From: a virus
Lineage: Duplodnaviria; Heunggongvirae; Uroviricota; Caudoviricetes
IMG/VR virus record: IMGVR_UViG_2541047954_000002
Coordinates: 1 to 43,165 of that record
Strand: one strand, 5' to 3'
Length of the DNA stretch: 43,165 nucleotides
Part shown: positions 8,896-16,904 of the stretch, piece by piece
Numbering within the stretch: the stretch's first letter is position 1
How the letters are laid out: each line of letters begins with the position of its first letter
Position numbers and translations under genes: made by a program
The notes under the pieces: model-generated
Told to the model about the DNA's origin: nothing
What the model saw: the letters and a program-made list of their open reading frames with translations, nothing else
Database searches by the model: none

Positions 8896-9364
8896 AGTAG
8901 AATACCCAATTTTCTGTTTCTTGGTTGTGTCCAAAGTTATATTCAATATCTGGTGTTGATGTATCAATATTCTTCATCCCATCAACAAGAGTTGATACAA
9001 CAGCCAAATCTTGTTTGATTCTCATTAAATGGTATTTCTTCCGGCGCAATAAACTTTCAATGGCAAGTTTCTTCGTTGGGAATGCAAAAGATCTTTCTGC
9101 ATTTTTTGCTACTTTCTTAATTGCATATCTATTTCTCCTTTGTTTCCATTCCTGTAACCACTGATTTGGTGCTGGTTTAAAATTAACAATCCAATGCGCA
9201 GGAACCAACCATGCATAATGCTCTGTCTGATGAAAAGCTATATATTGAAGTGCGAATATTTTGATTCCATCTTCTTCAACTGTCGCCTGGAATCTCCAGA
9301 AAACAGGCATTCCCTCATGTTCAGTTTCTGATTCAGGAAAAGGTACGCTCCATGATTTTGTCAT
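8894..9364 (-). CDS. Hypothetical protein, 156 aa, AT-rich cargo gene bounded by the 41-bp direct repeats
   Basis: Intact ORF with GAGGTGAGAT SD; AT-rich relative to neighbours; no family recognised. Confidence 0.55.
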   Translation of the reverse strand: MTKSWSVPFPESETEHEGMPVFWRFQATVEEDGIKIFALQYIAFHQTEHYAWLVPAHWIVNFKPAPNQWLQEWKQRRNRYAIKKVAKNAERSFAFPTKKLAIESLLRRKKYHLMRIKQDLAVVSTLVDGMKNIDTSTPDIEYNFGHNQETENWVFY

Positions 9365-9398
9365 ATCTCACCTCAAATAATTCAGTGCAGTGTTTATT

Positions 9399-9439
9399 CT
9401 GTTGTTTATGCCAAAAATAAAGGACGATTATGCGACCTC
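9399..9439. repeat. Copy 2 of the 41-bp direct repeat (degenerate hairpin)
   Basis: Same 26-bp core as copy 1; lies between the stop of the 9428..10051 gene and the start of the 8894..9364 gene. Confidence 0.85.
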
Positions 9440-10051
9440 GGAAGGAAGTCCAATCATCTTATTCAAATCTTCTACCCGTAAAGCAGGAAGTGCAGTACTT
9501 GCTTTATCTGCTTCTTTTGGTAGCAACTCTTTGCTTTCAGGCCAAACTTCAATAAGTCGCTTAACTGTTGTGACTGAGTTCAAAGCAGCCCATACATTTG
9601 ATTCGATATCCTTTTTCTTGGCTTCAAATTTTTGTTGCAATGCGCAGATTTCATCAAACCTTTTTGTTATTTCGTGTTCTGCGCTAAACATGCATTTATC
9701 TTTGGTCGGAGTAGGGAGCAATATATCTTCGCCGTTGCCGTCTTTCCCATATGAATACCAGCCAACCCTTCTGCCAGATACAGTCAGATAAATTGAAGTT
9801 GAACGGGCATCGCATGAGTAAAATGAACATCCCAGCTTTTCAAGTTCTTCACTTATAGCTACTAACTTGGATGATAACTGATCCACTTCCTCAGTTTTCT
9901 TTTTACCGCCAAACGCAATAACTCTGGCGTCAAGTGCAAGCTGGTTATTTAACTTTGTTACTTCTTCAAGTTCAGTGAAAACCCCGGACTTAATTAAAGC
10001 GTTACGAGCGATTTTCTCTTTCATTCTCGTAGTTAAGCGGATTGATGACAT
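9428..10051 (-). CDS. Hypothetical protein, 207 aa, first gene downstream of N in the pL operon
   Basis: ORF with GAGAGGAA SD before the ATG at 10051, 11 nt after the N stop; AT-rich; no family recognised. Confidence 0.5.
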   Translation of the reverse strand: MSSIRLTTRMKEKIARNALIKSGVFTELEEVTKLNNQLALDARVIAFGGKKKTEEVDQLSSKLVAISEELEKLGCSFYSCDARSTSIYLTVSGRRVGWYSYGKDGNGEDILLPTPTKDKCMFSAEHEITKRFDEICALQQKFEAKKKDIESNVWAALNSVTTVKRLIEVWPESKELLPKEADKASTALPALRVEDLNKMIGLPSEVA

Positions 10052-10062
10052 ATTAATTCCTC

Positions 10063-10389
10063 TCAAATAAGTGGTTTGCTGCCTAATTTCATTTTCTGGC
10101 GACCAACACAAGTCACACCCATTTCACTGCGTGGCTTGCTGTACCATGTGCGCTGATTCTTGCGCTCAATACGTTGCAGGTTGCTTTCAATCTGTTCGTG
10201 GTATTCAGCCAGTACCGTAAGGTCTATCGGATTCAGTGCGCTTTCTACTCGTGATTTCGGTTTGCGATTCAGCGAGAGAATAGGGCGGTTAACTGGTTTT
10301 GCGCTTACCCCAACCAACAGGGGATTTGCTGCTTTCCATTGAGCCTGTTTCTCTGCGCGACGTTCGCGGCGGCGTGTTTGTGCATCCAT
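10063..10389 (-). CDS. N: Antitermination protein N (lambda-type), 108 aa
   Basis: MDAQTRRRERRAEKQAQWKAANPLLVGVSAKPVNRPILSLNRKPKSRVESALNPIDLTVLAEYH... matches lambda N including the arginine-rich motif. Confidence 0.95.
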   Translation of the reverse strand: MDAQTRRRERRAEKQAQWKAANPLLVGVSAKPVNRPILSLNRKPKSRVESALNPIDLTVLAEYHEQIESNLQRIERKNQRTWYSKPRSEMGVTCVGRQKMKLGSKPLI

Positions 10390-10540
10390 CTGGATTCTCC
10401 TGTCAGTTAGCTTTGGTGGTGTGTGGGAGTCGTAGTCCTGAACGAAAACACCCCGCGATTGGCGCATTGGCAGCTAATCCGGATTCGCACTTCCGGCCAA
10501 TGCTTCGTTTCGTATCACACACCCCAAAGCCTTCTGCTTT

Positions 10541-10580
10541 GAATGCTGCCCTTCTTCAGGGCTTAATTTTTAAGAGCATC
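10541..10580 (-). promoter_or_regulatory. nutL (boxA GCTCTTAAAAATTAA + boxB GCCCTGAAGAAGGGC)
   Basis: Minus-strand sequence GATGCTCTTAAAAATTAAGCCCTGAAGAAGGGCAGCATTC matches remembered lambda nutL; located between pL and N. Confidence 0.85.
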
Positions 10581-10609
10581 ACCTTCATGGTGGTTAGTGC
10601 GTCCTGCTG

Positions 10610-10700
10610 ATGGCTTAAAATATACCTACAGGTAAAACTATTGTCTATACCTGCAGGTAAATAAAATTGGTGTGAGAGTTTACCTGTTTGAATTTTCAGG
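10610..10700 (-). promoter_or_regulatory. OL/pL region with TACCTNCAGGTA-type palindromic operators
   Basis: TACCTACAGGTAAA, TACCTGCAGGTAAA and TTACCTG...CAGGTAA palindromes upstream of nutL/N; the same motif recurs at OR. Confidence 0.6.
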
Positions 10701-10719
10701 TAATTAATTTTTTGGATTG

Positions 10720-10745
10720 ATATAAAAAAGCCCGCTTTGCGGGCT
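10720..10745 (-). terminator. Rho-independent terminator closing the cI operon
   Basis: Hairpin AGCCCGC-TTT-GCGGGCT followed on the minus strand by a U-run; 12 nt after the stop of the 10757..11071 gene. Confidence 0.6.
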
Positions 10746-10756
10746 GAAAGGAGATG

Positions 10757-11071
10757 TCAGAAGCTATTTGGATTGCTTGGCCATTGCGGCAATTTTGATT
10801 CTACCGGGGTGTGTTTGGGTTTGAGTCCGTTTAAGTAGTCAAGACGCTCAATGGCGCATTTATACATAGCAATCTGATCTGATGACATGTCGTCATATGA
10901 CATGCCTTTGAACTTCTTAATTATCGTTTCTGCCTCATGTATAAGATGCTTCTTCTTCATGAGTTCAGCTGTATGCTTAGAGCTTACAGGAGATAACTTT
11001 GCCCATATGAAGCAGATGATTACAACAGCGACCACTATACCTGGTATAAACATTTGCTGCTTTATCCTCAA
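10757..11071 (-). CDS. Small membrane protein (single N-terminal TM helix, 104 aa) co-transcribed downstream of cI
   Basis: Hydrophobic segment FIPGIVVAVVIICFIWAKL; start overlaps the cI stop; followed by a terminator; occupies the rexAB slot of lambda. Confidence 0.55.
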   Translation of the reverse strand: MRIKQQMFIPGIVVAVVIICFIWAKLSPVSSKHTAELMKKKHLIHEAETIIKKFKGMSYDDMSSDQIAMYKCAIERLDYLNGLKPKHTPVESKLPQWPSNPNSF

Positions 11072-11754
11072 AATTTTGGCAGATCGTCCTGGTCTACATA
11101 CCTAGTGTGTTTCACAATAGCTGAAACAAAATGCATTTTATCAACTTCTTCAACAGGAAGAGTGATTGGACGGTGATCGCTGTTTATACTACTAAACTGA
11201 TAGTCTCCGTCTCTTGTTTTGTTCATGATCTTTATCATGTTATGACCATCTTTGGTCCTTACAAAGACTTCATCACCTGGATGTACTGGCGTATTTGGTT
11301 CAATAACAACATATTCTCCTGACTGAATCCTTGGCCACATGCTGTCACCCTTAACCTTCAGACCGTAAGCATCTTTATCGCCACTGTAGATGCTTAACCA
11401 ACCGGATCTGAATTCAATCATATCCACTGAGCCATCAACTCCCAAAACGGCTTCACCAATTACCGGAACAAAACCCGCACGAACGTTACCCGCAAACTCA
11501 AGATGGTCTGCAGATCCAACTTTGCTATCTGCAAGCATGTCCATCCATCCGCGTGGGAGATTAAAAGATTTTTCAATTAGCTCCATCATATCGTCAGCAA
11601 TGCGTTTTTTTCCGCTTTTTCCTTCCGGATACAGCATTCTGGAAACGTATGATGGTTCCCTTTCTATTCGACGAGCCAACTCTGAGGCCTTTCCATTACA
11701 GAATCGGTCTCTTATCTCTATCAGCCTTAGTCGTCTTTGTTCGTATTTATCCAT
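11068..11754 (-). CDS. cI: Prophage CI repressor with C-terminal S24 (LexA-like) autopeptidase domain, 228 aa
   Basis: C-terminal KVKGDSMWPRIQSGEYVV motif; divergent from cro across an operator-containing intergenic region. Confidence 0.8.
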   Translation of the reverse strand: MDKYEQRRLRLIEIRDRFCNGKASELARRIEREPSYVSRMLYPEGKSGKKRIADDMMELIEKSFNLPRGWMDMLADSKVGSADHLEFAGNVRAGFVPVIGEAVLGVDGSVDMIEFRSGWLSIYSGDKDAYGLKVKGDSMWPRIQSGEYVVIEPNTPVHPGDEVFVRTKDGHNMIKIMNKTRDGDYQFSSINSDHRPITLPVEEVDKMHFVSAIVKHTRYVDQDDLPKF

Positions 11755-11769
11755 GATTTAATTCTATCT

Positions 11770-11835
11770 TTGATTACCTGCCGGTAAATAACCTATGGGT
11801 ATTGATTTGCTTTTTACCTACAGGTAAACTCATCT
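11770..11835. promoter_or_regulatory. OR region (pR/pRM) with TACCTNCAGGTA-type operators
   Basis: TTACCTGCCGGTAAA and TTACCTACAGGTAAA palindromes between divergent cI and cro; candidate pR -35 TTGATT / -10 TAAACT. Confidence 0.6.
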
Positions 11836-11862
11836 TATTCAACAACGGGAAGGAGATAGCAA

Positions 11863-12093
11863 ATGGAAGAACTCCGCTTGTATCTGAACTCCCTTTCACT
11901 GGAAGAGCAGAGAGAATTTGCCACCAAGTGCGGAACTTCTATCGGCTATTTGAGGAAAGCACTTAGCCGTAATCATGAATTGGGCGCAGCACTTTGTGTT
12001 CTGATTGAGAAGTTCAGCAATGGTGAAGTGACTCGCAAAGACCTTCATCCGGTTGATTGGGAAAGCATCTGGCCTGAATTAATGGCCGCTTAA
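11863..12093 (+). CDS. cro: Cro-like repressor, 76 aa
   Basis: Small ORF divergent from cI, immediately right of OR, followed by nutR. Confidence 0.6.
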   Translation: MEELRLYLNSLSLEEQREFATKCGTSIGYLRKALSRNHELGAALCVLIEKFSNGEVTRKDLHPVDWESIWPELMAA

Positions 12094-12109
12094 GTTATTA
12101 ACGCTCTTA

Positions 12110-12141
12110 CACATCCCCGCCCTGAAAAAGGGCATTACCAG
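12110..12141 (+). promoter_or_regulatory. nutR (boxA CGCTCTTACA + boxB GCCCTGAAAAAGGGC)
   Basis: CGCTCTTACACATCCCCGCCCTGAAAAAGGGC matches remembered lambda nutR; between cro and cII. Confidence 0.85.
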
Positions 12142-12209
12142 AAACAAATCTCTATGGTTTTGCGTTTCTTTGCGAAGCCAACTCTATCTAATAATTAAGG
12201 AAATTATCT

Positions 12210-12491
12210 ATGGGTACTATTGCAACTAAAAGCAAGAAAGCGGCTCGCATCGAGTCAGCCTTGCTGAACAAACTGGCACTGATGGGGCAGAAGACATTCG
12301 CTCGAGCAATGGGGGTTCCTGAATATCAGGTAAGCCGATGGAAGAATGGTTTCTTCTCGCAGGTAAGCATGATGCTGGCTGTTCTGGAATACGGAATCGA
12401 AGACGATGAAATGGCTGAGCTGACTAAGCGGCTTGCCAATTACCTGACAAAAGAAAAAGCCCCGAAGAACGGCGAATTCTTCGAGGCCTGA
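12210..12491 (+). CDS. cII: CII transcriptional activator, 93 aa
   Basis: ARIESALLNKLALMGQKTFARAMGV...SRWKNGFFSQVSMMLAVLEYGIEDDEMAEL parallels lambda CII. Confidence 0.85.
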   Translation: MGTIATKSKKAARIESALLNKLALMGQKTFARAMGVPEYQVSRWKNGFFSQVSMMLAVLEYGIEDDEMAELTKRLANYLTKEKAPKNGEFFEA

Positions 12492-12525
12492 TGTAGAAAG
12501 ACTGGAACAATCCACAGGAGTAATT

Positions 12526-12687
12526 ATGACAAAACGTCGTAAGAAATACCAGGAAAAAGAAGAGATTCGACACCCTGATTCACCTGAGGGATTAGTGGTA
12601 GCCGCAGCAAATAACAGGGCGTTCGCAGAGCGCCTTGTTGGTGTTTACAGACTAGCCAAAGCAGGAGTGAAACATGGGCGTCGTTAA
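12526..12687 (+). CDS. Small basic ORF, 53 aa
   Basis: Hand-found ORF with AGGAG SD 5 nt upstream; overlaps the start of the replication initiator gene. Confidence 0.35.
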   Translation: MTKRRKKYQEKEEIRHPDSPEGLVVAAANNRAFAERLVGVYRLAKAGVKHGRR

Positions 12688-13564
12688 ATTAGCTGATTAC
12701 AGGCATAACCCTGTACAACATCAGGAGGCATCCAGTATGGGGTATGTCTCTATACACCGCCAGTTTATGGACAGCAGGCTCTATAAGGACTCTCAGGCAG
12801 TACATCTTTGGCTTCACTTAATCCTCAAGGCTAATCACGAATCTACTGTCGTCAATACGGATATCGGTCCGATAACTGTTGATCGCGGTCAGATGATAAC
12901 TGGACGCCCGTCGCTGGTCAGAGAAACATTCATCCCCGACAACAAAGTTCGGAGCTTATTACGGACTTTTGAGTCGAAAGGGATGCTTAATATTTGCGCG
13001 ATGGGGAAGAAATTTAGCCTGTTTACAATCGTTAAATATGACGATTTTCAGTCAAAAAATTGTCCAACGGTTGTCCAACAGTTGTCCAACGCAAACACCA
13101 GTAATGGCGCGGCTCTCAGCGGAGATTGTCCAACGGTTGTCCAACAGTTGTCCATAAACAATAATATAAATAATATCTCTAATACTGACGTATTAGAGAG
13201 TGCCACAGCAGACAAAAAGTCTGACAAGAAAAAACCTTCCGTTAGCTGTCAGGATGTTGTCGATGCTTACCACGAAATCCTTCCTGAAGCTCCAAGAATC
13301 CGCGCACTGAATGACAAGCGTAAAAACCAGATCCGAACGTTCTGGCGCAAAGCCGGAGTGATAACCCGCCAGCTTGACGGGCATGGGTTCTCGATGCAGG
13401 ACTGGAGAAATTATTTGAGCTACGTAGGCGAAAATTGCCGATGGATGTTCGAAGAGCGCCCAAACCATCAACGCGGAACTGTCTGGCACAAAAAGGGATT
13501 TGATTTCCTGCTTAACGATAATACCTACCTGAAAGTTCGTGAGGGTGAACACGATGACCGATAA
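12674..13564 (+). CDS. Replication initiator (O-like / P22 gp18-like) with origin iterons inside the coding region
   Basis: Position between cII and the helicase; internal iterons encoding the duplicated peptide CPTVVQQLS; ATGA coupling to the helicase gene. Confidence 0.7.
   Translation: MGVVKLADYRHNPVQHQEASSMGYVSIHRQFMDSRLYKDSQAVHLWLHLILKANHESTVVNTDIGPITVDRGQMITGRPSLVRETFIPDNKVRSLLRTFESKGMLNICAMGKKFSLFTIVKYDDFQSKNCPTVVQQLSNANTSNGAALSGDCPTVVQQLSINNNINNISNTDVLESATADKKSDKKKPSVSCQDVVDAYHEILPEAPRIRALNDKRKNQIRTFWRKAGVITRQLDGHGFSMQDWRNYLSYVGENCRWMFEERPNHQRGTVWHKKGFDFLLNDNTYLKVREGEHDDR
13055..13165. repeat. Replication origin iterons: ~6 copies of TTGTCCAAC in two groups, followed by an AT-rich tract
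   Basis: TGTCCAACGGTTGTCCAACAGTTGTCCAACG and GATTGTCCAACGGTTGTCCAACAGTTGTCCATAAACAATAATATAAATAATATC, read directly. Confidence 0.75.
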
Positions 13565-14990
13565 TTTTTATGCGCCGCCCCATAGCATCGAGGCAGAGCA
13601 GGCGGTGATTGGTGGATTGCTTCTGGATGATGACAGCAGTGAGCGCGTCCAGAAAGTTCTGGCGATGCTGAAGCCTGATTCATTTTACAGCCGACCACAC
13701 AAAATCCTTTTCGAAGAAATAACCAGAATGCACCGTGAGCAAAAGCCAGTAGATGGCCTGACGCTTTTCGATGAACTGGAGCGTAAATCGTTAACGGCGT
13801 CTGTTGGCGGTTTTGCTTATATCGCTGAGATCGCAAAGAACACGCCAAGCGCAGCAAACATCGTTGCCTATGCAATGCAGGTTCGTGAAACCGCAATGGA
13901 ACGCTACGCCATCAACCGCATGACTGAAGCGACGGAATTGCTCTATTCCCGCAACGGAATGACTGCAACGCAGAAGTACGAAGCTATTCAGGCGATTTTC
14001 ACGCAACTGACAGACCATGCAAAAACCGGATCGCGTCGCGGCCTTCGCTCATTTGGTGAGGTCATGGAAGACTGGGTTAGCGACCTTGAGAAGCGATTTG
14101 ACCCATCAGGCGAACAACGGGGAATGAGCACAGGGATCCCATCGCTGGACAGGATGCTGTCACCGAAAGGTCTGGTAAAAGGCTCTCTGTTTGTCATTGG
14201 CGCTCGCCCTAAGATGGGGAAAACGACGCTATACAGCCAGATGGCAATCAACTGCGCAGTGCATGAGAAAAAGCCCGCTCTGATGTTCAGCCTTGAAATG
14301 CCAGGTGACCAGATACTGGAAAAACTGGTAGGGCAGAAGTCAGGTGTTAACCCGAATATTTTTTACCTTCCGGCGACAAATGACGCCGATGACGGCTATC
14401 AGGGTGATTACGATGGTGACTTCAACAGGGCGATCGAAACAGCCAATCGCTTGAGTGAAATCGACCTGCTTTACATCGACGACACGCCGGGATTATCTCT
14501 GGCTCAAATCGTCAGCGAAAGCCGTCGAATCAAGCGAGAAAAAGGATGTGTTGGCATGATTCTGGTCGATTACCTGACACTAATGACCGCTGAGAAGGCC
14601 GATCGCAACGACCTTGCTTACGGCATGATCACCAAAGGACTGAAGAACCTTGCCAAAGAGCTTGATTGCGTTGTTGTGCTTCTGACACAGCTTAACCGCG
14701 CACTGGAAAGCCGAACCAATAAACGCCCATTACCAAGTGACTCACGAGATACAGGGCAGATTGAACAGGATTGCGATTATTGGGTGGGGATCCATCGTGA
14801 AGGTGCTTTTGATGACAGTATTCCACCTGGTGAAACTGAACTAATCCTTCGTCTCAATCGTCATGGCAATACCGGCACGGTGTATTGCATTCAGGCAAAT
14901 GGCGCTATTTATGACACAGACCAACAGTCTGCTGAAATGCGCCGCCGTGAACGTGAGGAACCGCAGTCCAAGAAGAAAGGAGGATTCTGA
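13554..14990 (+). CDS. DnaB-family replicative helicase (P22 gp12-like)
   Basis: N-terminal DnaB-like domain (SIEAEQAVIGGLLLD), Walker A GARPKMGKT, RecA-like C-terminal motifs. Confidence 0.9.
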   Translation: MTDNFYAPPHSIEAEQAVIGGLLLDDDSSERVQKVLAMLKPDSFYSRPHKILFEEITRMHREQKPVDGLTLFDELERKSLTASVGGFAYIAEIAKNTPSAANIVAYAMQVRETAMERYAINRMTEATELLYSRNGMTATQKYEAIQAIFTQLTDHAKTGSRRGLRSFGEVMEDWVSDLEKRFDPSGEQRGMSTGIPSLDRMLSPKGLVKGSLFVIGARPKMGKTTLYSQMAINCAVHEKKPALMFSLEMPGDQILEKLVGQKSGVNPNIFYLPATNDADDGYQGDYDGDFNRAIETANRLSEIDLLYIDDTPGLSLAQIVSESRRIKREKGCVGMILVDYLTLMTAEKADRNDLAYGMITKGLKNLAKELDCVVVLLTQLNRALESRTNKRPLPSDSRDTGQIEQDCDYWVGIHREGAFDDSIPPGETELILRLNRHGNTGTVYCIQANGAIYDTDQQSAEMRRREREEPQSKKKGGF

Positions 14991-15070
14991 TGACCATCTA
15001 CATCACTGAGCTGATAGCAGGCCTGCTGGTAATCGCAGGCCTTTTTATTTGGGGGAGAGGGAAGTCATGA
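14990..15070 (+). CDS. Possible 26-aa hydrophobic peptide (MTIYITELIAGLLVIAGLFIWGRGKS)
   Basis: Start overlaps the helicase stop and stop overlaps the ninB start (ATGA at both ends); TM-like composition. Confidence 0.3.
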   Translation: MTIYITELIAGLLVIAGLFIWGRGKS

Positions 15071-15507
15071 AAAAACTAACCTTTGAAATTCGATCTCCAG
15101 CACATCAGCAAAACGCTATTCACGCAGTACAGCAAATTCTTCCAGACCCAACCAAACCAATCGTAGTAACCATTCAGGAACGCAACCGCAGCTTAGACCA
15201 AAACCGAAAGCTTTGGGCTTGCCTTGGTGACGTCTCTCGTCAGGTTGAATGGCATGGTCGCTGGCTGGATGCAGAAAGCTGGAAGTGTGTGTTTACCGCA
15301 GCATTAAAGCAGCAGGATGTTGTTCCTAACCTTGCCGGGAATGGCTTTGTGGTAATAGGCCAGTCAACCAGCAGGATGCGTGTAGGCGAATTTGCGGAGC
15401 TATTAGAGCTTATACAGGCATTCGGTACAGAGCGTGGCGTTAAGTGGTCAGACGAAGCGAGACTGGCTCTGGAGTGGAAAGCGCGATGGGGAGATCGGGC
15501 TGCATGA
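15067..15507 (+). CDS. ninB: NinB (Orf recombination mediator), 146 aa
   Basis: MKKLTFEIRSPAHQQNAIHAVQQILPDPTKPIVVTIQERNRSLDQNRKLWACLGDV... matches lambda NinB as remembered. Confidence 0.95.
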   Translation: MKKLTFEIRSPAHQQNAIHAVQQILPDPTKPIVVTIQERNRSLDQNRKLWACLGDVSRQVEWHGRWLDAESWKCVFTAALKQQDVVPNLAGNGFVVIGQSTSRMRVGEFAELLELIQAFGTERGVKWSDEARLALEWKARWGDRAA

Positions 15508-16031
15508 CTATCAAATCAAATACGCCAGCGTCAGATAGGTATCGGGTTATTGAGGATTATCTGTATTTAGACGGAGATACAGTCAGATACAAAAAGGACT
15601 CGCTAAAACACCCCAGCCACAGCCACCGGGCCGGAGATGAAATTAAAACATCGATAAATGGATCTGGGTATAGACAGGTGTGTTTTGCAGGCATTCAGAT
15701 GTTTGTTCACGTAGTTGTTTTTGCGCTGCACAACAAAAGAATGCCATTGAAAAATATTGACCATATTAACGGAAACAGGCTGGACAATTCCCCAAAAAAT
15801 CTTAGGGAGGCAAGCCGGATAGCAAACAGCCGAAATCAGAAAACTAAGTGCAATAGCCGTTCTGGAATAAAAAATGTTTTATGGAACAAGCAAAAAAATA
15901 AATGGGCCGTTCAAGTGCGCACAGATTTTGGCCGGTTGCATTTTGGGTTCTATGAAGATCTTGAGCTTGCTGGCTTGGTTGCCAGTGAGGCTATCAACAA
16001 ATATCACGGACAATATGCGAGGGTTGAATGA
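15504..16031 (+). CDS. HNH endonuclease with C-terminal AP2-like DNA-binding domain (free-standing homing-endonuclease-like gene)
   Basis: HNH_3-type motif DHINGNRLDNSPKNLR; C-terminal GIKNVLWNKQKNKWAVQVRTDFGRLHFGFYEDLELAG resembles AP2 domains; replaces ninC/ninD. Confidence 0.8.
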   Translation: MTIKSNTPASDRYRVIEDYLYLDGDTVRYKKDSLKHPSHSHRAGDEIKTSINGSGYRQVCFAGIQMFVHVVVFALHNKRMPLKNIDHINGNRLDNSPKNLREASRIANSRNQKTKCNSRSGIKNVLWNKQKNKWAVQVRTDFGRLHFGFYEDLELAGLVASEAINKYHGQYARVE

Positions 16032-16558
16032 TTCAGCATAAATCAGAAACACCAAAAGAAGTTAGAGACTGCTGGCAAACGCCGCTTTGGCTTTTTGATG
16101 CACTGGATATTGAGTTTGGATTCTGGCTGGATTCGGCAGCGAGCGACAAAAATGCTCTGTGCGCTCACTGGCTAACTGAGGCCGACGACGCGCTCAATTC
16201 TGAGTGGGTAAGCCACGGTGCAATCTGGAATAACCCACCGTACAGCAATATCAGGCCGTGGGTGGAAAAAGCCGCTGAGCAGTGCATACAACAGCGCCAG
16301 ACGGTAGTGATGCTTGTGCCAGAGGATATGTCTGTCGGATGGTTCAGCAAGGCTCTGGAGAGTGTTGACGAAGTTCGCATTATCACTGATGGACGGATTA
16401 ATTTTATCGAACCATCGACAGGGCTGGAGAAGAAGGGAAACAGCAAAGGCTCAATGCTGCTGATTTGGCGACCGTTCATCAGTCCTAGACGGATGTTTAC
16501 TACCGTATCCAAAGCGGCATTGATGGCGATCGGGCAGGGCGTCAGGAGGGCGGCATGA
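16028..16558 (+). CDS. Phage-type DNA N6-adenine methyltransferase (Dam-like orphan MTase)
   Basis: Catalytic NPPY motif ([10 protein letters not shown]); size and position typical of nin-region Dam-like MTases. Confidence 0.8.
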   Translation: MIQHKSETPKEVRDCWQTPLWLFDALDIEFGFWLDSAASDKNALCAHWLTEADDALNSEWVSHGAIWNNPPYSNIRPWVEKAAEQCIQQRQTVVMLVPEDMSVGWFSKALESVDEVRIITDGRINFIEPSTGLEKKGNSKGSMLLIWRPFISPRRMFTTVSKAALMAIGQGVRRAA

Positions 16559-16737
16559 GGCGACAGCGACGAAGTTTCACCGACATCATCTGCGAAAACT
16601 GCAAATACCTTCCAACGAAACGCTCCAGAAATAAACGCAAGCCAATCCCAAAAGAATCTGACGTAAAAACCTTCAACTACACGGCTCACCTGTGGGATAT
16701 CCGGTGGCTAAGAAATCGTGCGAGGAAAACAAGGTGA
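16555..16737 (+). CDS. ninE: NinE, 60 aa
   Basis: [52 protein letters not shown] matches lambda NinE. Confidence 0.9.
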   Translation: MRRQRRSFTDIICENCKYLPTKRSRNKRKPIPKESDVKTFNYTAHLWDIRWLRNRARKTR

Positions 16738-16904
16738 TTGACCAAAATCGAAGTTACGAACAAGAAAGCGTCGAGCGAGCTTTAACGTGTGCTAACTGCG
16801 GTCAGAAGCTGCATGTGCTGGAAGTTCATGTGTGTGAGCACGGCTGCGCAGAACTGAGGAGCGATCCGAATAGCTCAATGTACGAGGAAGAAGACGATGA
16901 ATGA
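16734..16904 (+). CDS. ninF: NinF (GTG start), 56 aa
   Basis: [40 protein letters not shown] matches lambda NinF; GTGA overlap with the ninE stop. Confidence 0.75.
   Translation: MIDQNRSYEQESVERALTCANCGQKLHVLEVHVCEHGCAELRSDPNSSMYEEEDDE

Noticed and set aside
16165-16689. Minus-strand 174-aa ORF opposite the methyltransferase and ninE
   Set aside because: Antisense to genes with clear motifs (NPPY) and lambda NinE identity; no RBS.
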